Position numbers and translations under genes: made by a program. A stretch of DNA of 64,000 nt from Candidatus Hydrogenedentota bacterium (GTDB lineage Bacteria; Hydrogenedentota; Hydrogenedentia; Hydrogenedentales; SLHB01). The notes beneath the pieces were generated by a model, which saw only the letters and a program-made list of their open reading frames with translations, did not search any database and was not told the DNA's origin. This document shows positions 10,385-19,844 of this stretch, piece by piece. The stretch spans positions 96,001 through 160,000 of the forward strand of contig BTWA01000009.1 of assembly GCA_045863295.1 (NCBI GenBank), given 5' to 3'. Numbering within the stretch: position 1 is the first letter of the stretch; each line of letters begins with the position of its first letter.

Positions 10385-13300
10385 ATGAAGTATACCCGGT
10401 TACAAGGCCCAGGCAGGCTGGCACTTCTCATTGCGGCGGTGTGTTCGCTTTTTTCCGTATCGCCGTTAGAGGTGGGCGCGACTGAATACCGGTTCGAACG
10501 CATGTGGCCGACCCTGCAACAGCCATGGTATTTCGGCACGCCCGGCGACGTTACCTACGATCAATTTTCCGATCACGTGTACGTCCTTGATTCCTTCAAC
10601 CACCGTGTGGAGAAGTATACGCGAGACGGCCAGTTCGTTTTGCGTTGGGGGGTACAAGGGGACGACCCCGGTGAGTTCTTTTCCCCGCAGGGGATTTGTG
10701 TTGACTATTTCAGCAATGTCTACGTAGCCGATACGGGCAATGACCGGATTCAGAAATTTACGCCTAACGGCGAGTTTATCATGGAGTGGGGCAGTTTCGG
10801 GACTGGAGCGAGCCAATTCGACGAGCCTACGGGCATCGAAATCGATTATTACGGTGGATTGTGGGTGACAGACAAGAAGAATCACCGCATTCACAAGTAC
10901 GACTTTCTGGGAAACTTTATCGGGGTCGTGGGAACCCAGGGTTCGGGTCCGCTTCAATTTAACGAGCCTTGGGACATCTGCATTGACAACTATCTCGGCT
11001 ACGTGTTTGTCTCCGACAGTTTGAACGATCGCATTCAGGTGCTCGATCTCAATGGATTCTTCTGGTTCAACTTCGGCGGTACGGGAACTGGTCCCAAGCA
11101 ATTTGATTACCCAATCGGTTTGGAGATGGATTTCTCCGGCTATCTCCATGTCGTGGACGAAAGCAATAATCGCATACAGACGTTCTATCCGAACGTGTCG
11201 CTTCTGGACTATGACTTTGTCCATGAGTTCGGCATGCAGGGTTCGGGGGAATCGCAATTCTGGAGTCCGCGCGGGCTTGCGGTGGACCGTGATTACAATC
11301 TCTACATCGCGGATTGGTTGAACTCTCGTTTGCAAAAGGTCACGTGGTTCGGCGACTACCTTGATTCCTGGACGAGTTCCGGGCCTCAACTAGGCCGTTT
11401 TGGATTTCCGCGGGGCATTGCGCGCGACAGCCAGGGCCGCATTTACGTTGCGGAATTTATCGGCGAGCGGGTGACTGTATTCAGTCCACAAGGCGAGCCG
11501 TTGGAAACTTTCGCGGCGGATGATGGCGGCAATGGCATCGCGATTGATTCCAACGACAACATATTTGTCGTGACAGAATCCAATTTGGTACGACGTTATA
11601 CGCGAGATATCAACGGCGTTGTTGTGGAGAATGCGCAGTTTGACGGTACGGCGCAGGGGCAGACCCCGCTGAACGCGCCCTGGTCTGTTGCGTGCGATGC
11701 CACGGGTGACGTTTATGTGGCCGATTTCAACAACGATCGCATCCAGGTGTTCAGCAATACCGGGACTTGGGAGCGGACGATTGGGACTGCCGGCAGCGGC
11801 GATGGCCAACTCAACAATCCGTCCGGCGTCTTTGTATACAACGGCGAGTTGTACGTGGCTGACGGCGACAACGATCGCGTCCAGGTATTCACGTTGACAG
11901 GAAACTTCGTGCGGAAATGGGGAAGCGACGGATCGGGGCCGGGGCAATTTGACGGGACGGCGGGTATTACCGTGGATGCGTCTGGAAATGTATATACAGG
12001 CGATCTGGGCAATGGCCGAATCAATGTATTTAATACGCAAGGCGTGTTTCAGGGAGATTTCGGCGAATTGGGCACGGCGCCCGGCCAGTTTTTTAACCCT
12101 ATCGCACTATCCACGGACGCGTCGGGCAACGTGCTTGTCGCCGAATTGAGCATCCATCGCGTTCAGGCGATTAAGCCCATTGCCGTAAGCAGCAATGCCA
12201 AGGCTGTTATCGTAGCGGCGGGCGGTCCGTTTCCGGGCAACAACTTGTGGGACGCCACTCAGTTCTGCGCCAATTTTGCTTACCGGTCGTTGCTTTTCCA
12301 GGGCTATGACAAGGGTGCCATCCAGTATCTTTCCTCGAATCAGTCCCTCGATCTCGACAGTAACGGCTTGCCTGATGACGTAGATGCCGATGCGACCAAC
12401 GCCAACCTACAACAAGCGATAACACAATGGGCGACCGGCGCAAGTGAACTGGTGATTTATCTGGTCAACCACGGGGGACAGGGCACGTTCCGCATGAGCG
12501 AGTCCGAAACCTTGAGCGCCGCATCCCTCGCCGGGTGGGTCAACGCGTTTCAGAATCAGGCCAACGCGAAGATCATTGCGATTTACGACGCATGTCAATC
12601 CGGCAGTTTTCTGACCGCGCTTCAGGGCGCCAATCGCATCGTGATGACGAGCGCAACCGGCAATGAGAATGCTCACTTTCTTAGCGGCGGATCCATTTCA
12701 TTTTCCAACTTTTTCTGGACCCAGGTGTTTAATGGGTACTCCGTTACGGATTCGTTCAATTACGCCAAAGACTCCTTGGGGCAGTCCATACAATTGCAGA
12801 CGCCGCAGTTGTACGATCCTGGTAACGTCGCGGCCACGACTTTCATTGGTAATGGCACACCGACCGTGGGAGACCGTCCAGTCATCAATTCGGTGACGCC
12901 GCCGCAGAACATCAACGGGGTGACGACTGCGACCATCGATGCCGATGTGACCGATCCGGACGGACTTGCCCGCGTGTGGATTGTGATTCAACCGCCGGGA
13001 TATGCGCCGCCCTCCGCGGACAATCCTGTACAGGATTTTCCGAGCCTGGATCTCACGCCCGACACCGGCAACACCTGGACGGGCGAGTACGCTGATTTTA
13101 CGATTCCGGGTACGTACAACATTGCGGTGTACGCGCGTGATCGCGCTGGCGACACCTCCGTACCTGTTTCCACTGCAGTTACGGTAAATAATCCGCTCCG
13201 CCGCCGCGCCATCATCCTGGCTACGGGAACGACGAATAAAGTGGCGTATGACTTGATCAAGCCCAACGCCGATTTGGCCTATAGCGCCATGAAGCAACAG

Positions 13301-16033
13301 GGGTTCTCGGATGACGACATTTATTTCATGAGTCCGGTCGCCAATTCGCCTGGCCATGACGCTTCACCCACGCTTGCAACACTGGATTTTCGCATACAGC
13401 AGGCGGCCACGTCGGGCCAGGACTTGACCTTATTTCTGGTAGGGCGCGCCGGCGCGGACGGCTTCGACGTGAACGACACGGAAGTGTTGACCCCGGCTAC
13501 GCTGAAAGGATGGTTAGACACCCTGCAGAACACACTGCCGGGGCCGGTTGTGTGCATTTTCGATTTCAATGGGGCGGGCAACTTTGTCAACGGCCTCACC
13601 CCGCCAACCGGCAAGTCGCGCATACTCGTTGGAAGTACAAAGGCGACTGGATCGGCGGCATTCACCAATGGTGGCCGCGTATCATTTTCGCATTATTTCT
13701 GGTCGCAGGTGTTGAACGGCGCGCACGTGCATTCCGCGTTCGGCCAGTCGTTCATTGGCATGCAATCCATCGGCACACAGCAAGTGGCCCAGATCGACGA
13801 CAACGGCAATGGCACGCCCAATGAAAAGGAAGACGGTGGGCTTGCCCGCAACTATCGGATTGGCGCGGGCGTGTTGCTGGCGGGCGACGCGCCGCAGATC
13901 GGCAAGCTCGTATTGCCCGCGCAATTGCAGGGTCAGACCTCGTTAACGATTCGTGCCGAAGGGGTCACTTCGACGACCGGCATTGCACAAAACGGGGTAT
14001 GGGCCACTCTGGTGGGTCCCGCGGTTTTGCCTCCTGGCGAAGGCCAGGTGTTTTCGACGTTGCCGACGGTGACGTTGAATCCTTTGGGCAACAATGTATT
14101 CGAAAACGTATTTGCTGGGCTGGGCCGTATCGCACGTTATAAGGTGACGGTATTCGCCAAAGACATCCAGGACAATGTGTCGTTTCCAAAGTCGGGCGAA
14201 GTGATTCAAGTAGGCGCTGCCGGGCAACCTGACTTTTTTGAAGACGACGATGTTGTTGACCGGGCCGTATGGTTCGGCATCAATGGTCCGTTGCAGACGC
14301 ATAATTTTCACGATCCAGGCGACGTGGACTGGCTGCGGTTTTACGGCGAAACCGGCGACGGAATCACGGTCGAGACCGTCGGCCTGGGATCCACTTGTGA
14401 CACGGTGGTTGAAGTGTACAACGCGGCGGGCACTACGCTGCTCGCCAGCAATGACGACCGCTTTCCCGGCGATTTATCGTCGTATCTAGTCTACACCGTG
14501 CCGGCCACCGGGTTGTTTACCGTGAAGGTGCGTCACAACAACCCCGCGACCTCGGGGCAAAACACTTATTACGATGTACGTGTTTGGCGTGAGATAGGCC
14601 CTGCGTTGGACGGCTTCATGTTGGTTCGCGTCGTAAACGGCGCCAATGGATCCATACTCCAGAACGCCAGTGTGACGATTACCAAGACGGATGAACCGGC
14701 CTACAATTTCAATACGACGACCAATTTCAAAGGCGAGACATCGATGTTGACGCTGAAGGCGGCTACGGGCGGCACATCCTATCAGGTGACTGCGCGCTCA
14801 TTGCCGTTCTTTGGAGACACGTCCGTGTCGTCCCAAGTATTCTCCGGCAGCACGTCGCAGCCGCAAGTTACCATCAATCCCATCCCAGGCACCGGCAGCA
14901 TCACGGTGACGGCGCCCAACGGGGGCGAGAATTGGGTGCACGGTGCGTTTGTACCGGTGCAGTGGACGGCCAACGCACCAGCCACTCAAAACGTCCGCAT
15001 TGAATTGCTGAAAGGAGGCGCGCTTTCCCGTACGCTGACCGGTTCAACACCCAACAACGGCTCGTTTAATTGGCAAGTGCCCACCGATTTGGTTCAGGGT
15101 ACGGACTATACCGTACGCGTGTCCTCGTTGACGGAGCAGAATGTAAGCGATACGAGCAACGGCAATTTCAATGTGTCTGGCGGCACGACGCCACCTCCGC
15201 CGCCCCCGCCAAGCCGCAAATCGGCCATTGAGATGGTAACCGGAACCATCGCGGAAGAAGTGCTTCCCGCGGACAACGACGGGGGCATTATCGCGCGCGA
15301 CCAGGCCATAGCGGTGCGTGTGCGAGGATTTGGACCGATCGATCCAGGTTCCGTTCAATGCACAGTGGAAGGTTCGCTGGGATATGCCGCGGGCGGGGCC
15401 CAATGGATTGATGTCACGGGCGACGGCACCGATGGGTGGGCGGTATTTACGCCGGCCGTTCCGTACGCGCCGAATGAAACGTTGACGGTTAGCGTGCATG
15501 CGTCCCTCGCAGACGGTACAGCCGTGGAACCGCTTGTCTTTGAGTTCGTCACCGGTTTGGCGTTTCTGAGCGAACCCGATTCGGAGCCAGCCCTTGAGCT
15601 GTTGAGCGGCCACAGTGCACTTTCGGAATCGTGGGGTGAAGGGGTGGGCGACGTGTACCGTCTTTCGCCAGTGGGTCCTTTTGATGTGGGCGTGCCTGTG
15701 CAACTGCCCGTGCCGGCGGGATACAGCCCCAGCGATTTGCGGGTGTTTTACCACAGTGAATCCGATCGGCACGCTGGCTGGTACCCTGCCGAGGCCGTGG
15801 AAGGCTGGGTCGCGCCCGGCAGTGTACGCGAAGTCACTGTGGACGGCGCTGCCTATCTGGAATTTGAGGCTCATCACAGCGGCGTGGTTCAATTGGGTGC
15901 GCCTTCCGAAGTAGGCGCGTCCGGGGTGGTCCTCGTGGGCCGTCTCAGTTCGTGGGCTGCGTTCGCAGGAGTCTTGGCCGGTACGCTGGTACTGACTGCG
16001 CTGCTGACGCACCGCCTGCGAGGCAAGGCCTGA
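10385..16033 (+). CDS. Large surface protein: NHL beta-propellers + active C13 (legumain/caspase-like) peptidase + inactive copy + PPC/Ig + ZU5-like + TM
   Basis: Signal peptide; many G..PGQF..P.GI.VD NHL repeats; YLVNHGG...YDACQSGSF dyad; second domain FLVGRAG/FDFNGAG; C-terminal TM and basic tail. Confidence 0.85.
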   Translation: MKYTRLQGPGRLALLIAAVCSLFSVSPLEVGATEYRFERMWPTLQQPWYFGTPGDVTYDQFSDHVYVLDSFNHRVEKYTRDGQFVLRWGVQGDDPGEFFSPQGICVDYFSNVYVADTGNDRIQKFTPNGEFIMEWGSFGTGASQFDEPTGIEIDYYGGLWVTDKKNHRIHKYDFLGNFIGVVGTQGSGPLQFNEPWDICIDNYLGYVFVSDSLNDRIQVLDLNGFFWFNFGGTGTGPKQFDYPIGLEMDFSGYLHVVDESNNRIQTFYPNVSLLDYDFVHEFGMQGSGESQFWSPRGLAVDRDYNLYIADWLNSRLQKVTWFGDYLDSWTSSGPQLGRFGFPRGIARDSQGRIYVAEFIGERVTVFSPQGEPLETFAADDGGNGIAIDSNDNIFVVTESNLVRRYTRDINGVVVENAQFDGTAQGQTPLNAPWSVACDATGDVYVADFNNDRIQVFSNTGTWERTIGTAGSGDGQLNNPSGVFVYNGELYVADGDNDRVQVFTLTGNFVRKWGSDGSGPGQFDGTAGITVDASGNVYTGDLGNGRINVFNTQGVFQGDFGELGTAPGQFFNPIALSTDASGNVLVAELSIHRVQAIKPIAVSSNAKAVIVAAGGPFPGNNLWDATQFCANFAYRSLLFQGYDKGAIQYLSSNQSLDLDSNGLPDDVDADATNANLQQAITQWATGASELVIYLVNHGGQGTFRMSESETLSAASLAGWVNAFQNQANAKIIAIYDACQSGSFLTALQGANRIVMTSATGNENAHFLSGGSISFSNFFWTQVFNGYSVTDSFNYAKDSLGQSIQLQTPQLYDPGNVAATTFIGNGTPTVGDRPVINSVTPPQNINGVTTATIDADVTDPDGLARVWIVIQPPGYAPPSADNPVQDFPSLDLTPDTGNTWTGEYADFTIPGTYNIAVYARDRAGDTSVPVSTAVTVNNPLRRRAIILATGTTNKVAYDLIKPNADLAYSAMKQQGFSDDDIYFMSPVANSPGHDASPTLATLDFRIQQAATSGQDLTLFLVGRAGADGFDVNDTEVLTPATLKGWLDTLQNTLPGPVVCIFDFNGAGNFVNGLTPPTGKSRILVGSTKATGSAAFTNGGRVSFSHYFWSQVLNGAHVHSAFGQSFIGMQSIGTQQVAQIDDNGNGTPNEKEDGGLARNYRIGAGVLLAGDAPQIGKLVLPAQLQGQTSLTIRAEGVTSTTGIAQNGVWATLVGPAVLPPGEGQVFSTLPTVTLNPLGNNVFENVFAGLGRIARYKVTVFAKDIQDNVSFPKSGEVIQVGAAGQPDFFEDDDVVDRAVWFGINGPLQTHNFHDPGDVDWLRFYGETGDGITVETVGLGSTCDTVVEVYNAAGTTLLASNDDRFPGDLSSYLVYTVPATGLFTVKVRHNNPATSGQNTYYDVRVWREIGPALDGFMLVRVVNGANGSILQNASVTITKTDEPAYNFNTTTNFKGETSMLTLKAATGGTSYQVTARSLPFFGDTSVSSQVFSGSTSQPQVTINPIPGTGSITVTAPNGGENWVHGAFVPVQWTANAPATQNVRIELLKGGALSRTLTGSTPNNGSFNWQVPTDLVQGTDYTVRVSSLTEQNVSDTSNGNFNVSGGTTPPPPPPPSRKSAIEMVTGTIAEEVLPADNDGGIIARDQAIAVRVRGFGPIDPGSVQCTVEGSLGYAAGGAQWIDVTGDGTDGWAVFTPAVPYAPNETLTVSVHASLADGTAVEPLVFEFVTGLAFLSEPDSEPALELLSGHSALSESWGEGVGDVYRLSPVGPFDVGVPVQLPVPAGYSPSDLRVFYHSESDRHAGWYPAEAVEGWVAPGSVREVTVDGAAYLEFEAHHSGVVQLGAPSEVGASGVVLVGRLSSWAAFAGVLAGTLVLTALLTHRLRGKA

Positions 16034-16074
16034 TCCCGGCACGACACGGCTTTTATACCCAGGCGGCTCAACGG

Positions 16075-16896
16075 TTGAGCAGTTCGACGTTAAAGCGACT
16101 GGTCAAAATGACCATCAAGCGTGCGGCACTAACCATCGGCCGTTTCACGCCGCGGTTGCGTGGGAGCCGGATTCTCACGTATCACAGCGTCGGATTTCGT
16201 CTCCACGAAATGAACGTACAACCGGACCGGTTTCGCGAACAAATGACGTGGCTGGCGAAGCACCACCCTTGCATTACCCTTGGACAGGCAGCCTCCGGTG
16301 CGCACGGCGTCGCGATCACATTCGACGACGGCTATACCGACAATCTGCATGTGGCGGCCCCAATTCTGCGCGAATTGAACATTCCCTTCACTGTGTTCAT
16401 GGTGGCCGGTCGTGCGGGAGGCTTGCTGGCTCACGACACCGACCTTGAAACCAGCCGGATCATGACGTGGGACGAAGTGCGCGCCGTGGAAGCCGGCGGC
16501 GGGGAAGTGGGAGGTCATACCATGACCCACGCACGCTTGTCTCGCCTGAATGAAGACGAGCAGCGCCGGGAGATTGGTGAATGCGCGCGTGTGCTGGCGC
16601 GCGAGTTGGGGGAGCGGCCCCGGCCTTTTGCCTATCCCTACGGTAGCGCCGCCGATTTCAATGAGACCAGCCAGCGGCTGGTTCGTGAGATGGGTTTCAC
16701 TTTGGCGGTATCCAACCGGTACGGGGCCAACACGTCCAATGCTGACCTTTGGGCGTTACGACGGATTTGGATCGACGAAACGGACACACTCGCCATGTTT
16801 CAAGCCAAGGTGGACGGCCGTCTGGATCTTCTGTCCGCCCTCGAAACGCCGGCTGCGCTTTGGGGTCGAAGGACTCTGAACCGGCTTTCGGCGTAA
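16075..16896 (+). CDS. Polysaccharide deacetylase (CE4/NodB)
   Basis: ILTYHSV, ITFDDGY, GGHTMTH, FAYPYG; start TTG 16075 or ATG 16108. Confidence 0.9.
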   Translation: MSSSTLKRLVKMTIKRAALTIGRFTPRLRGSRILTYHSVGFRLHEMNVQPDRFREQMTWLAKHHPCITLGQAASGAHGVAITFDDGYTDNLHVAAPILRELNIPFTVFMVAGRAGGLLAHDTDLETSRIMTWDEVRAVEAGGGEVGGHTMTHARLSRLNEDEQRREIGECARVLARELGERPRPFAYPYGSAADFNETSQRLVREMGFTLAVSNRYGANTSNADLWALRRIWIDETDTLAMFQAKVDGRLDLLSALETPAALWGRRTLNRLSA

Positions 16897-17133
16897 GAAA
16901 ATGGAACTATCGCGGATGGCTGGCGACTGCCGTCCGCGATACTTCCAAAAGGTAGTGATAGTTGCGCTTTCGATTTCGACTTTTCTTTGTTCTACCAGGT
17001 AAAACGTCTATCTCTTGGTAAATGTTGACAACGGATGCATCGATTGCGATTGCTTTGGCGGGGGCTGCGTTTTCCCGTTCGCCTACCTCATTCGTATGTG
17101 GCTAAAATTAAAGGTTTTAGGTCGTTTTCGCGG

Positions 17134-17162
17134 TTGCGGCCCCCCCTGCCCTGTGGTATACT
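17134..17162 (+). promoter_or_regulatory. Putative sigma70 promoter of the fliM operon
   Basis: TTGCGG-N17-TATACT with extended -10 TG, 44 nt before the fliM ATG. Confidence 0.5.
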
Positions 17163-17206
17163 CGCCGGGTAAACGGAAGGGAAGTGCTTAAAGGAATACG
17201 CTGTTT

Positions 17207-18193
17207 ATGGCCGACATTCTCAGCCAAGACGAAGTCGATATGCTGTTGAATGCAGTCGCGCGGGGCGATTTGGAAGTCGAAGAACCGGCTTTCGACCGCG
17301 CCGATACCCGCGACATGATGCACTACGACTTCAGGCGGCCGGAGCGGGTATCCAAGGAGCAACTCAAGGGGTTACAAAGTCTTTTCGAGGCGTTCGCGCG
17401 TGAATTGAGCATCGCGATGCCTCCGTTTCTTCGGACGGTTGTGCGTGTGGATCTTGTTTCCATAGACCAACTTACATATGACGAGTTTATTCTTTCCATA
17501 TCGCGCCCGACGTCAATGTCGGTCATCAACATGTCTCCCTTGGAAGGTAATGCGGTCATTGAGCTTAGCCCCACGATTGTGTTTCCTATCGTGGATCGGG
17601 TTTTAGGGGGGAAGGGCGCGACTTTATCCAGGCCGCGCGAGCTGACAGAAATAGAGAATCGTATCGTCCACCGCATTATGCTTATGATTCTTGACAGCTT
17701 GAAGCGCTCCTGGGAGCAGTTGATCGAGTTTCGTCTTTCGGTATCGCACCAGGAAAGCGATCCGCTGATTGTGCAAATCGTGGCCGGTAGCGAAATGGTC
17801 ATTCTGGTGGCGTACGAGATTCATATTGGCGACACGTCCGGCACGATGAACATGTGCATTCCCTTGCTGGTATTGAATCCGGTATTGGATCAGATTTCGC
17901 AACAAACTCGATTCATTCGCCGAATGAGCACGGAGATGGCGGAGCGCACGCGCAGCCAGATATTCCGGATAATGCGCAAGGCGCTGGTGCCGGTGGATGC
18001 CATTCTTGGCCGTGTAAATTTGCCATTGCACGAAGTGCTGCAATTGGAAGTGGGTGACGTAATTTTGCTGGATTCCGACGTGAAGTCGCCGGTTCCGGTG
18101 GAGGTGGGCGGTGTGCACCGATTTCGTGCACAGCCCGGCCGCCGCGGTGAGCAGAGTGCCGTGCAACTTGTGCAATTGATTGTGGACGATTGA
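17207..18193 (+). CDS. fliM: Flagellar motor switch protein FliM
   Basis: ILSQDEVD CheY-binding motif, YDFRRP, LGGKG, C-terminal SpoA domain. Confidence 0.97.
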   Translation: MADILSQDEVDMLLNAVARGDLEVEEPAFDRADTRDMMHYDFRRPERVSKEQLKGLQSLFEAFARELSIAMPPFLRTVVRVDLVSIDQLTYDEFILSISRPTSMSVINMSPLEGNAVIELSPTIVFPIVDRVLGGKGATLSRPRELTEIENRIVHRIMLMILDSLKRSWEQLIEFRLSVSHQESDPLIVQIVAGSEMVILVAYEIHIGDTSGTMNMCIPLLVLNPVLDQISQQTRFIRRMSTEMAERTRSQIFRIMRKALVPVDAILGRVNLPLHEVLQLEVGDVILLDSDVKSPVPVEVGGVHRFRAQPGRRGEQSAVQLVQLIVDD

Positions 18194-18251
18194 ACGTTCG
18201 CGGGACTGCCGTAGTTGAAGAGTCCGTTGATATCAGGAGGTTCAGGCAACC

Positions 18252-18638
18252 GTGGCCGATAAAGAATCCGAGTCGTTGGGTCAAGAAGAAGTAGGTGAAA
18301 TCTTGAGCGCGCTGGAAGGGATGCAGGACGAAGAGCCTCAGCCTAAACCCACGCCCAAGAAGGAGGCCAAGTCTCCTGTCGGCAACATAGACATGGTGCT
18401 GGACATCAAGCTGACGGCCACGGCACGGCTTGGGCGTGTAGAGATGCCCATTGGCGAAGTGTTGACCTTGGGACCGGGTTCCATCATTGAAGTGGGTCAC
18501 TCGGTGGATGAACCGGTTGAATTGATGGTCAATGACAAGCTGATAGCCCGAGGCGACGTTGTGGTCGTGGACGAAAAATTTGGTTTGCGCATCACCGAGA
18601 TCGTGAGCCCAGCGGAGCGTATAGAAAGCCTTGGCTAA
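18252..18638 (+). CDS. fliN: Flagellar motor switch protein FliN
   Basis: NIDMVLDI...LGPGSIIE...IARGDVVVVDEKFGLRITEI. Confidence 0.95.
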   Translation: MADKESESLGQEEVGEILSALEGMQDEEPQPKPTPKKEAKSPVGNIDMVLDIKLTATARLGRVEMPIGEVLTLGPGSIIEVGHSVDEPVELMVNDKLIARGDVVVVDEKFGLRITEIVSPAERIESLG

Positions 18639-19437
18639 AACCCATCCGAGCCCAGCGTTTGCTGCCGCCTTAGGCGCCGCGGATCCCGCGGTGGAAAAGG
18701 ACCTGTGGGCGCGCTGGAAGGAACGCGGCGATCCTCGGGCGAGGGAACTTATCATCGTCCGCTACATGCGGGTGGTGAAGTTCATTGCGGGCCGCATGGC
18801 GATGCACGTGCCCAACAACGTCGAGTTGGACGACCTGATAGGGTGGGGCGTTCTGGGCTTATTGGATGCGATTGACAAGTTCGATCCGCAACAGGATGTG
18901 AAGTTTTCGACGTACGCGTCGATTCGCGTGCGTGGCGCGATATTGGACCAGATTCGATCCCTGGATTGGGCGCCCCGGTCCTTGCGGGCCATGGCGCGGC
19001 GGGTTGGATCCGCGCGCGACAAATTGCGGCAGACTCAGGGCCAGGAACCTTCGGTTGACGCGATTGCCGAAGTGCTTGGCACCACGCCGGAATCGGTCGA
19101 GGAGACCATGAGCCAGTTGCAGTCCGTGCAGGTTTTGTCGTTGTACGATTACCTGCCTGCGGAGGATAACGCGGAGTTGCGCAAGCTGGATATGGTCCGT
19201 GACAAGAACGCGGCGGATCCAGCAGAGTCGTTGTCGGAGCAAGAACGGCAGACTCGCATCGTGCAGGCCATCATGGGCCTGCCCGAGCAGCAGCAAAAGG
19301 TGCTGCACTTGTACTATTATGAAGAATTGACCCTGAAAGAAATCGGGGCGGTGTTAAGTGTGACGGAATCGCGGGTGTCGCAGATTCACAGCGCCGCAGT
19401 GAAGACCTTGCGGAATGCGGTGCGCAAAGGCGATTAA
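18631..19437 (+). CDS. fliA: Flagellar sigma factor sigma28 (FliA/WhiG)
   Basis: DLIGWGVLGLLDAIDKFD, FSTYASIRVRGAILD, LYYYEELTLKEIG..L.VTESRVSQIH. Confidence 0.95.
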   Translation: MAKTHPSPAFAAALGAADPAVEKDLWARWKERGDPRARELIIVRYMRVVKFIAGRMAMHVPNNVELDDLIGWGVLGLLDAIDKFDPQQDVKFSTYASIRVRGAILDQIRSLDWAPRSLRAMARRVGSARDKLRQTQGQEPSVDAIAEVLGTTPESVEETMSQLQSVQVLSLYDYLPAEDNAELRKLDMVRDKNAADPAESLSEQERQTRIVQAIMGLPEQQQKVLHLYYYEELTLKEIGAVLSVTESRVSQIHSAAVKTLRNAVRKGD

Positions 19438-19439
19438 CC

Positions 19440-19778
19440 ATGCCTCAACCTATCGATATGCAGACGGAAGTGGCCCGGGTCACCGCCGTGGAGCGCATTC
19501 AACAGGTGGCAGGGCGTCTTTCGCTTGCCGCGCAACAGCATCAGGCCAATCAGGCGGCGGCGGAGCAACTGGCCGCCGAGACACAGGTGCAGCAGTCGCA
19601 TGCGGCGGAAAACCCCGACGTGGATGCGGAAGGCCGGCGTAAGAACCCGTTTGCCGGGCGGCGGCGGCGCAAGGCCGAGGGTATGGAAGAGCCGCATTCG
19701 GATCCCCGCCGGGATGCGGCGCAGAAGCCGGTAATTCAAGACGGCGAAAGCGAACATCATCTCGACGTGACGGTGTAA
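19440..19778 (+). CDS. Hypothetical protein in the flagellar operon
   Basis: 112 aa, Gln-rich, starts 2 nt after the fliA stop; ends HHLDVTV. Confidence 0.65.
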   Translation: MPQPIDMQTEVARVTAVERIQQVAGRLSLAAQQHQANQAAAEQLAAETQVQQSHAAENPDVDAEGRRKNPFAGRRRRKAEGMEEPHSDPRRDAAQKPVIQDGESEHHLDVTV

Positions 19779-19844
19779 ATCCGGCGTTCGCGCGGGTGAC
19801 TTGGGTAGACACTTGCGCGGCGACAACATACTGGAAGTGAGACG

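Noticed and set aside
10560..12170. Periodic DNA similarity suggesting a repeat array
   Set aside because: Explained by protein-level NHL repeats within a CDS.
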